A stretch of DNA of 64,000 nt from an uncultured virus (IMG/VR IMGVR_UViG_3300025121_000022) (IMGVR_UViG_3300025121_000022); one strand, 5' to 3'; positions 47,776 to 57,318 are shown, numbered from the stretch's first letter. Numbers and translations: made by a program. The notes: generated by a model not told the origin, from the sequence alone.

Positions 47776-48900
47776 AAGATTAATGGCTGCGTTGATGTCT
47801 CGGTCGTGGACAACCCCGCAGGCTTCGCAAACCCATTCTCGGACAGACAAAGGCAACGGCTCTTCTCGTCTTGTTCTGCAGTCGGAACACAGCTTGGAAG
47901 AGGGGAACCAGCGGTCTGCAACAACGATTTCGCTGCCGGCAAGCGGAGCCTTATACGTGAGCTGACGCCTAATTTCCGACAGGGAAGCATCCGCAATCGA
48001 CTTGGTAAGATGGTGATTTGCCATCATTCCCTTGACGTTCAAGTCCTCGATTCCAATCCGACGGAAGTCTCGGACCAGCCGAGCGGTAAGCTTATGCGTT
48101 ACGTCTTTGCGGATGTTGGAAATCCGTTCATGCAGCCGACTAAGCTTCGTTTTAGTCTTCTGCCAATTTCTTCCTCCTATGACGCGACGAGACATTTCCT
48201 TGTTGAGTCGTCGCAGTCGGGTTTCATGAGCACGCAGAATGCGTGGAGCCTCGACCCGTTCTCCAGTGGAAAACACGGCAAGGTCTCGAAGTCCGAGGTC
48301 CACTCCAACCGTTTCTTGGGTTTCGCAGCGGTGAGGATAAGACCAGGAGTCGGAGACTTGAACTTGAATCGAGACGTACCAATGACCGGCATGTTTCGTA
48401 AAGTGAGCGGACAAGATTTTGCCGGGGAATCTTATCTCTTGTCGGGTGCGGACCCAGCCGAGTTTGGGAATTTTAACTCTTCGGCCGTCAAAACGAAGGG
48501 CTCGGCCCTCGATGGCAAAGGCTGCTTTGTTCCGTTTCTTCGACTTGAAACGGGGATAACCGGGCTTTTGGCCAGATTTAACACGACGAAAGAAGTTGGA
48601 GAAAGCATTGCCGAGGTTGGACAGCGCCGTAGAGGGAACAGCCCACGGCAGCTTGATCATCCAGGGAAATTCGGTAGTTTTACAGGCATTCAGTTCAGAG
48701 CTAAGACTAACCCACGACGGTTTTCCACCAGCCTCGTACTGAGCTTTCCAGCGGTCCAATCCCCAATTATAAACGAAACGAGAAGTTCCAGCGCAACGTT
48801 CGAAAAAGGTTGTCTGGACGTTATTAAGATCCAGCCGAATGCGTTGGCCGAGGATAGTTATGAGGCTTTTGTCGGAAGCTGTAGAATGACGTTTCGGCAC
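47665..48900 (-). CDS. tnpB: TnpB RNA-guided endonuclease
   Basis: YNWGL, PRFKSK, RuvC GVDLG / IEDL / DRDINAA, Zn finger CSDC-CEAC. Confidence 0.95.
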   Translation of the reverse strand: MPKRHSTASDKSLITILGQRIRLDLNNVQTTFFERCAGTSRFVYNWGLDRWKAQYEAGGKPSWVSLSSELNACKTTEFPWMIKLPWAVPSTALSNLGNAFSNFFRRVKSGQKPGYPRFKSKKRNKAAFAIEGRALRFDGRRVKIPKLGWVRTRQEIRFPGKILSAHFTKHAGHWYVSIQVQVSDSWSYPHRCETQETVGVDLGLRDLAVFSTGERVEAPRILRAHETRLRRLNKEMSRRVIGGRNWQKTKTKLSRLHERISNIRKDVTHKLTARLVRDFRRIGIEDLNVKGMMANHHLTKSIADASLSEIRRQLTYKAPLAGSEIVVADRWFPSSKLCSDCRTRREEPLPLSVREWVCEACGVVHDRDINAAINLRTAALAGIACCQESSGSGLTARTKLSHGQESSSRVN

Positions 48901-49002
48901 ACTATAAATATAGCACACGAAGTGAAATATGTTGATTTTTTTGTAAATTCGTTGTTTCGTCTATCAGCAGTCGTGTTAACTAAGGAGTTCGTGGTTTAAG
49001 TC

Positions 49003-49380
49003 TTAAATGGAATGACATTCTAGGCAAAGTTCGCTTCTATATAAAGCTATTCGCATTTCTGTCCAATGTTGCGATTCCAACCCTACACCGTGGCAAGTTT
49101 TACATTGAATTGTATTATTTTCGTATAAAGGAAGTCTTATAAAGACATTATATTCGTTTGTTTTTCTCAGAGGAGGGTACGTCATTCCTACCGGATGCGA
49201 ATTTTCTAAAGCTATGTCCTTGGCAATCACTCCATCATGACAAGATAAACAATCCAAAGTATCTTTGTTTAATCCTTGTGAATAGGAAACTTTTGAAAGA
49301 AATACAATAAAAACAATGATTATAATAGTTAATAAGAATAGAAAGAAATTCTTTATCTCTCTTTCCCCCAATTCAAACAT
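49003..49380 (-). CDS. Membrane-anchored tri-haem c-type cytochrome
   Basis: N-terminal hydrophobic helix; CLSCH, CKTCH, CLECH; SHPV distal His. Confidence 0.85.
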   Translation of the reverse strand: MFELGEREIKNFFLFLLTIIIIVFIVFLSKVSYSQGLNKDTLDCLSCHDGVIAKDIALENSHPVGMTYPPLRKTNEYNVFIRLPLYENNTIQCKTCHGVGLESQHWTEMRIALYRSELCLECHSI

Positions 49381-49610
49381 CTTTTTTCTTTTCTTCCCTA
49401 TATGTTTCAAATAGCCCCACCATCGCTGTTGCAACGGCTGTTACAACAAGTGCAGGAACCTTTAATTTTGAAACTATTTCCATTGCTCTATTGTTGTGAT
49501 CTTGTGTATTTGTCATTTATTTTTTGTTGTCTTGTTGGAAACTTTCTTTTCCAAGAGTAAATTATATTTGTTTGTCTCGCGAATATGCTGTTATGTCCAT
49601 TATTGCCGTT

Positions 49611-51773
49611 CTATGGGGCGATCTGGCGGTTCCAGATCCTAACTCCGTTTTGGATGCAAAAGGCGGGCTGATATTGCATGGCTCCTAAAGAAATACCTAG
49701 TTTTGTCGTGCTTGGAATAGAAATTGACGTTCCCGAAGATGCTTCTAAGACATCATCAATATAAACCGCATTATTTGACGTTCCCCACAACCCCGTGAGC
49801 GAATGAACAGAATTGTCCATAATATCTGTAGTTCCTATTAAATTGGAAACACTAGAATTCCCAACTAATATTTGCTGTCTTCCAACGCTGGTATTTGTAT
49901 TTATAAACCAGCCAACCCTATTTTCATTTGTTCCATCTGACAAAGAAAATAAAGCCTGGATCGTATGCGGCGCGTCAATACTCTTGCACATAAAACTAAA
50001 TTCCATTGTCCCTGTGTTTGGTCCCGTAAAAGTATATTCTAAAGAGTCTGTATTTCTTGTCACTTGCGCCGTTGTCGTTGCAATAAAAGATGTTGCTGCG
50101 CCATATGCTTCTACCTGAGCACCAAGTAAATAACCTGATACCGTTGCATCATCCCCTGCAAATTCGTTGTCGGTGTCAGCTTCCGCAAATGCAATTTTAT
50201 GTGTGTGTGATGCTGCTGTTCCAAGATACGCAATAGAAACTCTGCAATAGTCACCAACATCTTGCACAAGAGCCTCGCTTGCTCCTGCCCCTTTTGTGCC
50301 AAGAGCACAAGACGAAATATTAAAATAGCTATATGCGTTGGCTACTGTGTCATCTGACAAATATAGCCAGTCTCTGTTTCCTGGTTTGGCATATACGGAA
50401 AAAGTATGTGTTGCAGCAGTTAATGTCACAGCTTGGGTAACGCCATGCACAGAGGTTCCTGTTCCGGCTGTAAACCCATCTGCCAAAGCCGTTCCAAATA
50501 TGTCGGTTGTGCCGTCCGCTATGTCGTCAAGGGCATCAATATTTGTCCATGTTGTGCCAAATGCTGAGCTTTGAAGTATTTTATTTGTTATTGCAGGTTC
50601 TGCCAAGACACCATTTAAACATTCGTCGCTGTCGCAGTCTCGAACAACTCTAGGCCAACCGGAGCCAACATTAAAAAAGTTGGTTGCGTTGTTTGTGTGT
50701 GTGTCCTGAATTTCAAGCGTTGCTGTGGTCGCTCTTGTATATGTTGCAAGTTTTGTTGGTGCGGTTTGCGGGTATATGCCGGCCAATTGGTAAAAGCGCT
50801 GCTTCGCGATCACGGCCCATTCTGCGGGACCGTCGGCGCCGGCTTTGTGCCAGGAGGGGTATTTCCACATGGCGACGTGAACTAGGTTACTACCAAAGGG
50901 CAACGCACCCGTTGCAGACGCCAAAACTTTTAGGGTTGTCGCTTCTGACATGTTGCCGACAGAACTAGCGTCTACACCGGTCCCTGCTGTTGCATTACCG
51001 TAACAAACCATCCCATTTGTGCTAGCCTCGTCTCTATTCACAAAGCAGATCGTATGCGTCCACGACAAAGCACTGGCAACAGAGTCCGCATATTTATTGT
51101 CTGGACCATCATCAATTGAAAGCCGGTTAGAAGTGGTATAGCTTGTTATTGACCAGAAAGCCGTGCCACCTTTTTGTGCTAAAAAGCTAGTTGCTGCTGG
51201 CGCTTTCGTCATAAATTCTAGGGCAAAGTCCTCTGTACCTATATCCCCAACCGTGTTTGCGCTTGCCTGAAAATAATCGGCACCACCACTAAGCGCAGTT
51301 GTGCCGTCTGTGAATGGAGCCGCTACACCGGGTGTAACGTCCGCCCCACCGTTGACAACGGCCAGCGTCCCGCCATAGTCGCAAGCCCACGTCGACGCGC
51401 CTGCGTCCTGCCCCTCACACCACACGCTAGGCGCAACTTCAATGCCGTTTATGGTGAGGTTTTTGGAAAGCTGGGAAAGGCCAGAAACCAAATTCCCCCC
51501 AATCTCATCATATCCCAACTTAAAAATAACTTCGTCTGCACAATTAGAATCGCATCCGTCCTCACTTACCAAATTTCCATCATCGCACGTCTCTGTACCG
51601 TTTGTTACTCCATCACCACATGTTGCCTGGACCATCAAATCCCCAGAAACACCAGACTTTATAACAAAATCTCCCGAAATGCCAGACTTTATAACAAGCT
51701 GAGAGCAGGAGCTTTCATCACAAGACAAAAGAAAGAATATCACTCCTGCTATAATAGATTTCATCATCTTCAT
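49611..51773 (-). CDS. Large beta-rich fibre/adhesin-like protein with signal peptide and Myxococcus-type Cys-rich repeat
   Basis: FFLLSC lipobox-like; CGDG..NGTETCDDGN....DGCDSNC; LamG-like and TRATTA/EPAITN segments. Confidence 0.7.
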   Translation of the reverse strand: MKMMKSIIAGVIFFLLSCDESSCSQLVIKSGISGDFVIKSGVSGDLMVQATCGDGVTNGTETCDDGNLVSEDGCDSNCADEVIFKLGYDEIGGNLVSGLSQLSKNLTINGIEVAPSVWCEGQDAGASTWACDYGGTLAVVNGGADVTPGVAAPFTDGTTALSGGADYFQASANTVGDIGTEDFALEFMTKAPAATSFLAQKGGTAFWSITSYTTSNRLSIDDGPDNKYADSVASALSWTHTICFVNRDEASTNGMVCYGNATAGTGVDASSVGNMSEATTLKVLASATGALPFGSNLVHVAMWKYPSWHKAGADGPAEWAVIAKQRFYQLAGIYPQTAPTKLATYTRATTATLEIQDTHTNNATNFFNVGSGWPRVVRDCDSDECLNGVLAEPAITNKILQSSAFGTTWTNIDALDDIADGTTDIFGTALADGFTAGTGTSVHGVTQAVTLTAATHTFSVYAKPGNRDWLYLSDDTVANAYSYFNISSCALGTKGAGASEALVQDVGDYCRVSIAYLGTAASHTHKIAFAEADTDNEFAGDDATVSGYLLGAQVEAYGAATSFIATTTAQVTRNTDSLEYTFTGPNTGTMEFSFMCKSIDAPHTIQALFSLSDGTNENRVGWFINTNTSVGRQQILVGNSSVSNLIGTTDIMDNSVHSLTGLWGTSNNAVYIDDVLEASSGTSISIPSTTKLGISLGAMQYQPAFCIQNGVRIWNRQIAP

Positions 51774-51807
51774 TTATTTTTTCTCTCTTATTGGAAACTT
51801 CTCTCTG

Positions 51808-52461
51808 CTATTCCCCTTCGTTTTCAACAGTTTTTTGTTTTGCTATCTTGCCAGGATTTTCCCCTGACATCACATTCATCGGCCAGACAACACAATTTAA
51901 AGAAGGATCATTAACAACACAAGAAGTCTCTTGTCCTCCTGTCACATACCCATTTGTGCATTGCAAAGCTCTGTCTGTCGAAGAGAATATTTCTTTTTCT
52001 TGTGTCTCGCCAGTATCAGCATCAACGACAGTTTCTATTGTTCCACAAAAACAATCGTCAACTACTACCAAAGGAGGTACACAACAACATGAAGATAATT
52101 GTTCTGCTGGCCATTCCGGACACTTTTCTAATTTCTCAGATACAGTGCCGCAATACTTTAATATAATCATGTTATTTAACAAACCTGTCTTTACTTCTTC
52201 TAATTTTGCGTTTGTGCAAGAATAGAAAGTCTCTTCTGTTAGAGGATTTTTTATATGTCCGCAATATTGCTTTTCAACTTGTTTATCTTTGATTTTATTT
52301 ACGTCTCGGCCTTTTGTTGCTTCAACTGCAACATGTGTATCCCATAAATTTAAATATGCTGTCGTTCCACCGGCAGCTACAATGGCTGCCAGTCCAAGGC
52401 CAACTAGTAGTTCCTTTGCTCTAGATTCTTTTTCTTGCTTTGTTTTCTCTGTTGTGGACAT
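51808..52461 (-). CDS. Membrane-anchored Cys-rich protein
   Basis: N-terminal hydrophobic helix; many Cys. Confidence 0.65.
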   Translation of the reverse strand: MSTTEKTKQEKESRAKELLVGLGLAAIVAAGGTTAYLNLWDTHVAVEATKGRDVNKIKDKQVEKQYCGHIKNPLTEETFYSCTNAKLEEVKTGLLNNMIILKYCGTVSEKLEKCPEWPAEQLSSCCCVPPLVVVDDCFCGTIETVVDADTGETQEKEIFSSTDRALQCTNGYVTGGQETSCVVNDPSLNCVVWPMNVMSGENPGKIAKQKTVENEGE

Positions 52462-52487
52462 TACAAAACCTCTAATTAATATCTTAT

Positions 52488-53042
52488 TTATTTCGTATAT
52501 TGATTATAGCTTCCTCTATCGTCTTTTTGATAATGGAAGTCGAAAGAAATAGCTGCCGCATCTTCTGCATATGTATCTCCACCATCTGCCGCAGCTCGAT
52601 ATAATCTTCCGAAGATAATACAAGAAATAGTTTTTCCAGACATACTCATCGAAGGTAAAATTGCCATTTGATGATAATTTATTGTTCCTGTTGCTGCGAA
52701 AGAAGCAGACATAAGAACAGTTTGTCCAAAGGTTCCACTCACGGAAGCTAAAGTATATTCCAAACCCCAAACCACGTTTCCTGAACCTGTTGAGGTAGGA
52801 CACCAATGGATATGAGGATAAATGGAAGAGCCCTGATACCAATCGTGAGGCATCTGAGTCTCAAAATAAACTTCTTCTTCTGTCGCAGGATCGAAGAAAT
52901 ATGTATAAACCCCATCTGTCGCTCCGCTTCCTGTTAGTTTTGCGAAGTTTGGATCGTGAACTCCAGCAACTTTAACAGAAGACATTGCGATTCTCAAATC
53001 GTCCCATCTATAATCATTTGAAGACTTAGCTCTCAAATCCAT
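52488..53042 (-). CDS. Virion-associated beta-sandwich protein
   Basis: WDDLR, QMPHDW...PHIHW, FDFHY; AGGAG SD. Confidence 0.6.
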   Translation of the reverse strand: MDLRAKSSNDYRWDDLRIAMSSVKVAGVHDPNFAKLTGSGATDGVYTYFFDPATEEEVYFETQMPHDWYQGSSIYPHIHWCPTSTGSGNVVWGLEYTLASVSGTFGQTVLMSASFAATGTINYHQMAILPSMSMSGKTISCIIFGRLYRAAADGGDTYAEDAAAISFDFHYQKDDRGSYNQYTK

Positions 53043-53071
53043 TTATTTTTTCTCCTCTTGCGAGTCCTTTA

Positions 53072-53782
53072 TTACCACATGAACCAATTGGTGCCGTTGG
53101 AATATAACCTAACAACACCGTAATTTTCCGCTATTAATATGCTTGCTTGACCGTCAATTAATTCTGTGCTTTCGGTATCAACAGTAATATTTCTTGTTCC
53201 AGCCCCGCCACCTTCATCTTTAATTATTATTACTCTTCCCGCATCCACAGCATCCGTATCCAAAGTCACCGTAACTGCTGCTGTTGTGGTATATGTAACG
53301 CCAATTAAAACATATGTTCCTGTTGCAGAATATGTTGCAGCAGCAACCGCAATTCTAGATGCAATAAGACCAGAATTTAAATCCAAATCGTGAGTTAGTT
53401 CCGTCTTGCAATTTTGTGCAGCACCAGAACCATCTGTCTCACAATAAAATTTAGTATGTCCTGTGCCGTCTATTCTTACTTCAATACTTTCTTCTGTTCC
53501 TGCGACAGGAGTTGCAGAAATAGATAAATCTCCAATAACGCATTCGGCACCATAATCTTCCAAACAAGTTACTGCACCTATTTCCGTATCTACACCAAAC
53601 TCTCCCCTGTCGCTCGTATTAACTTTTAAAACATCAACAGTAGCAGAGCCTGCCGCATTAAAAGCAGAAAAGAATTCGTTGTTTGGCAACGTAATACCAT
53701 CCCGAAAGATAGTATTTGCCGCAACAAGAAACCCAATAAATAAAGTTATAAACCCTATTCCAAAAAACGCTTCTTTTTTCAC
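53072..53782 (-). CDS. Fibre-like protein
   Basis: C-terminal GRVIIIKDEGG...IDG...LYSNGTNW. Confidence 0.65.
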   Translation of the reverse strand: MKKEAFFGIGFITLFIGFLVAANTIFRDGITLPNNEFFSAFNAAGSATVDVLKVNTSDRGEFGVDTEIGAVTCLEDYGAECVIGDLSISATPVAGTEESIEVRIDGTGHTKFYCETDGSGAAQNCKTELTHDLDLNSGLIASRIAVAAATYSATGTYVLIGVTYTTTAAVTVTLDTDAVDAGRVIIIKDEGGGAGTRNITVDTESTELIDGQASILIAENYGVVRLYSNGTNWFMW

Positions 53783-53795
53783 AACTTATTCCTCG

Positions 53796-54167
53796 CTAAA
53801 ACGTTATTCTATTTACAGTTGCAGACATTGCCGCAACAGAAGACGAAACAATAAAGTTAAGATATGAACTTGATGCTTCAACATACACAGAGGCTGTTGG
53901 AAAACTTCCAATATCAGCAGGGCCAGAATCTTGATAGGAAGCAGAAGCTCCACCGGCCGAACTAGACATATATAAAGCATGAACAAGCCCAGCCCTAGCT
54001 GTTGAACCAGAGGTGAGATAATATTCATACAAAGCCAGATAGGAACCAGACATATCTGTCGCTTCTATTGTATTTAATCCAAGAGCACAAGAAGACGTTA
54101 CCTCTGTATACCCCGTGCCCGTTCCTGTACTTGTGCTTGAATTATATGAAAAAAACCTAGAAGACAT
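53796..54167 (-). CDS. Ser-rich virion protein
   Basis: AGGAG SD; composition. Confidence 0.6.
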   Translation of the reverse strand: MSSRFFSYNSSTSTGTGTGYTEVTSSCALGLNTIEATDMSGSYLALYEYYLTSGSTARAGLVHALYMSSSAGGASASYQDSGPADIGSFPTASVYVEASSSYLNFIVSSSVAAMSATVNRITF

Positions 54168-54192
54168 TAATTTTTCTCTCCTCTACAAAACT

Positions 54193-54618
54193 TTAGCTAC
54201 TAACGCCCTCTGTGCTGTGAACAAAGTTAACATCGGTCACGCCAGTTACTTCTGCATATAGATCAAAAAAAGCATCTGCAGCAGAAGCATCATCAACACT
54301 CACATAAACAAAGCCTGCCTTTAGATCAAAAGAAAATGATTCTCCGGGCTTAATCTGAAAATTATGTCCCGTTAGATCAGCAGCAACAACATCCAAATCC
54401 CCGGTCCTTGCGCTGCTGTGAATTCTCATGATAGCGGCAGCATTATTGGAGGTTTCATTAAAAATTGTAATACTTCTTGTCAAAGAAGGAAAATCTATTT
54501 TTATCTCTTGCACGCCTGCCCCAGTAGCAAATTTATGTCTTAGCCAATAAGCTTCTCCAGGGACCATCCATCGACCGGCCATCCCGATTCCTGCTTTTGG
54601 TTGATATCTAGAACTCAT
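54193..54618 (-). CDS. Hypothetical virion protein
   Basis: AGGAG SD; FPSLTRSITI. Confidence 0.6.
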   Translation of the reverse strand: MSSRYQPKAGIGMAGRWMVPGEAYWLRHKFATGAGVQEIKIDFPSLTRSITIFNETSNNAAAIMRIHSSARTGDLDVVAADLTGHNFQIKPGESFSFDLKAGFVYVSVDDASAADAFFDLYAEVTGVTDVNFVHSTEGVSS

Positions 54619-54642
54619 TTTTATTCTCTCTCCTTGATATAA

Positions 54643-54882
54643 CTATCTCTCGCACTTCTTATCGTTTTCTTTTTCTTCTTCCATACGCTTTTTATGTCGC
54701 CATATTTGAAAGTTTTTCTCTCTTCTATCTCGAACGCTTTTCTTTTCGTATCTCTTGCACCAACAACACTTCTCCATGAAGATTTGATGAAGATTTTCTT
54801 TCTTACATTTCTTCAAAAACCTCTTCACGAGTCTTTCGTTTCCCTCATCTGCATACGAATCAACCTGAACGTGAATTGCCAT
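54643..54882 (-). CDS. rpsU: Ribosomal protein bS21 homolog
   Basis: ERLVKRFLKKCKKE...RYEKKSVRDRREK; 79 aa, basic. Confidence 0.75.
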   Translation of the reverse strand: MAIHVQVDSYADEGNERLVKRFLKKCKKENLHQIFMEKCCWCKRYEKKSVRDRREKNFQIWRHKKRMEEEKENDKKCER

Positions 54883-54894
54883 TTTAATACCTAT

Positions 54895-55407
54895 CTATTG
54901 CTTTCCGGCTTTCGCCTTTAAAAAACTAAACAAACCCTCAACATCAACACCCGCTCCCTGAATTGCACCATTTGCTTGAGCCATGGCCAAAGGATTATAT
55001 CCTCCGCCAGCTTCTGGAGTTGGATTCTTCATCTCAACGCTCATCTGTCGTCCAAGGCTTTCGACAATACTTTCTTTTTGTCTTGGCTGTTCTTTTGGTC
55101 TTCGGACACTCTTTGCCTCTTGTAGGAAACCATCTGCCATCTGTCCATAGCCAAGAGGCTCTGTTGTTTCTGCCAGCTTTCTTTTTCTTTCTTCTCCGCC
55201 GAAATGTACCGGAGAAGGAACATTTTTATTTGCTGCAGAAGAACGGACGGTTTCTAACAACATCTCTTGAGCGTCAACTATTGGCCGAATTGCCTCCGCA
55301 ATAATCTTGGACAGAATGCCGTCTTCTTCAAAAATAACCTCTTTGATACACTCTTGAATCAAAGGTTTAATAATTCTTTTTAAATCTTCTTTGTTGTATG
55401 CAGCCAT
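54895..55407 (-). CDS. Head-module hypothetical protein
   Basis: LKRIIKPLIQECIKEV. Confidence 0.65.
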   Translation of the reverse strand: MAAYNKEDLKRIIKPLIQECIKEVIFEEDGILSKIIAEAIRPIVDAQEMLLETVRSSAANKNVPSPVHFGGEERKRKLAETTEPLGYGQMADGFLQEAKSVRRPKEQPRQKESIVESLGRQMSVEMKNPTPEAGGGYNPLAMAQANGAIQGAGVDVEGLFSFLKAKAGKQ

Positions 55408-55409
55408 GC

Positions 55410-56033
55410 TTATGCACCCCTTACAAAGTCATTGATCAATCTATTAATTCTATCAGCTTTTGTTTCAACGTTTGTATAATATTTTCTTTGTAATCCTTCG
55501 GCAATATGCATAAAAGCTCCAGTAGTAGAAGGCTCAGAAACAAAATCCCAACAAATAAGTTGGAGGTCGTCCCCCACAATCTTTGTTCCATCTCCACCTT
55601 CGCTCAAAGACCCAAGAGCACGAGAAGAAATACCCAACTGCACCCCATCGTTAACCAAAGAGCGCAATATTTGTCCAGCAGGGGTGGACAGAACCTTCGC
55701 CTTACACCACAAATCGTTCCCCTTCCACCACAAATTCGTTATCAGATGGGAAGCGTTTTTTAAATTAACAACTTCGTTCTCCGAATGGTCACATTCTCCT
55801 AACGCCCTGTTTTCTTTCACTAATTTCAAATAGTTGTTAACTTCGCGCTCCAACACATCGGAGGGATACCGACGAGAGTTTTGATTACGTGTGTCCTTTT
55901 TTTGACAAACCCCTTGCAGATACATCGCCCCGTTTTTTACTTCATGCCGTTCTTCTTCGGTGAGAAGATCCAACCCACACCGACCATCCGGACATAAATT
56001 AAAGAACTCTTTTAGTAATATCTTAGCCATCAT
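55410..56033 (-). CDS. Prohead core protease (gp21-like)
   Basis: NQNSRRYP, ALGECDH, SH, GISSRALGS, DFVSEPS. Confidence 0.92.
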   Translation of the reverse strand: MMAKILLKEFFNLCPDGRCGLDLLTEEERHEVKNGAMYLQGVCQKKDTRNQNSRRYPSDVLEREVNNYLKLVKENRALGECDHSENEVVNLKNASHLITNLWWKGNDLWCKAKVLSTPAGQILRSLVNDGVQLGISSRALGSLSEGGDGTKIVGDDLQLICWDFVSEPSTTGAFMHIAEGLQRKYYTNVETKADRINRLINDFVRGA

Positions 56034-56077
56034 TTTTACCTCGTCAGCACCCTTTCGCGCACCTCGCAACCGCTCTT

Positions 56078-56434
56078 CTATTCATCCACTTTTTTATTGG
56101 AGGATTTTGGTAATTTAACATTTCTTGTTTCTCCCTTAAGAGTTAATTTTTTATGCGATCTAATTCCATCGTCGTCTACAACCATTGTCATAAAATAACT
56201 AACAGCAGACGCAATAAAAGGGCCTGTTGCCAATCCAACCCACAGATTCGCCACAAAAGATGCTCCAAAAAACCACATGAAAAGAAACACAGCTACCCCG
56301 ACATAAAACCCAACACACTGCGGGCAATGAAAGAACTTATTTTTTGGTCTTATTGCGTTGAAAATGCGGCCGTACACAAGAATGCTCGTCATTCCCCACG
56401 TCGCCAAGACAAAAATAAATAAATTCGTTAGCAT
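56078..56434 (-). CDS. Small membrane protein (DUF1360-like)
   Basis: Hydrophobic helices with CPQCVGFY. Confidence 0.6.
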   Translation of the reverse strand: MLTNLFIFVLATWGMTSILVYGRIFNAIRPKNKFFHCPQCVGFYVGVAVFLFMWFFGASFVANLWVGLATGPFIASAVSYFMTMVVDDDGIRSHKKLTLKGETRNVKLPKSSNKKVDE

Positions 56435-56730
56435 TATTTCTTCTTGCCGTGTTTCTTCGCCCACTTTTGAATAGCTTCAGAAATCATCTTTTTCAGAGAC
56501 TCGTTCTTATAGGGCTGATTGTATTGTGCCGCACCCCGAACAACCGAAGAATCTGCTGCATCTTGCGTATCAATATTGGGTCTTGCTTTCGGACCAGCAG
56601 CTAGTTTCTCTGCAAGGTCTTTCGTAAGACTTAAAATTGCCATAGCATGCTTGCCAGCTCTCTCGTTCGAAGTCTCAGATGCAATCTCTTTTGCTAGATT
56701 GTAAATCTGTTTGAGAATTTCTTTTTCCAC
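56434..56730 (-). CDS. Hypothetical head-module protein
   Basis: GTG start with GGAG SD; ESLKKMISE. Confidence 0.55.
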   Translation of the reverse strand: MEKEILKQIYNLAKEIASETSNERAGKHAMAILSLTKDLAEKLAAGPKARPNIDTQDAADSSVVRGAAQYNQPYKNESLKKMISEAIQKWAKKHGKKK

Positions 56731-57318
56731 TTATTTATCTCCCTGAGTTTTATCTAAACTCTCCCAAAAATAGCCATTTCCAGAACCATTCATCCCCATC
56801 ATAGGATTGGGCATGTTCCCCTTGTTTGGATCGTGGGGAACCTCCCCCTCTTCTGTTGAAGGATCCGGGTCTGTAAGTCTTAATTCTTCTTCTCTTTGGA
56901 GCTTCTCTCTCATCTCCTCATACGGTTCCTCTGACATAAGAAACTTCTTTATTGCAAAAAGAGTTATTTGTTCTGCATCATCATCGGAGGACATTATTTT
57001 CCCCTCGATTGACCCAAAGATGTTTGCTGCCTGTACTGTGCTAGCGTCAATAACACCCTTTTTTGAAAGGAATTTAAAAAATCTATCTTGGCAATCATAT
57101 ACCTCATCCGTAAGTTGATCTTTGGGAAGAGTAAGAATCTTTTTCTTTGCTCTCATCAGAATAATGTCGATATCTTCACTATCCATAATCAGCAAATCGC
57201 CATTTAACATCTTACGAATACGAAGGCGAATGGGAAACTTAGGAGGCGGACCCTTCGGTTTTTCTTGTTGTCCCGGCTGTGTTCCGCCGTCCTTGGAAAC
57301 GGTTACTTTGATAGCCAT
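56731..57318 (-). CDS. Hypothetical head-module protein
   Basis: ORF in portal-protease operon. Confidence 0.65.
   Translation of the reverse strand: MAIKVTVSKDGGTQPGQQEKPKGPPPKFPIRLRIRKMLNGDLLIMDSEDIDIILMRAKKKILTLPKDQLTDEVYDCQDRFFKFLSKKGVIDASTVQAANIFGSIEGKIMSSDDDAEQITLFAIKKFLMSEEPYEEMREKLQREEELRLTDPDPSTEEGEVPHDPNKGNMPNPMMGMNGSGNGYFWESLDKTQGDK

Larger units (their letters stand above)
47636..49003 (-). mobile_element. TnpB-only element (IS200/IS605/IS607-related) bounded by inverted repeats
   Basis: GC-rich insert at the strand-convergence point; no tnpA; 38-bp inverted repeat at both ends. Confidence 0.8.

Noticed and set aside
47656..48999. 447-aa plus-strand ORF spanning the TnpB element from one inverted repeat to the other
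   Set aside because: Antisense shadow of a GC-rich tnpB; no recognisable motifs or SD.
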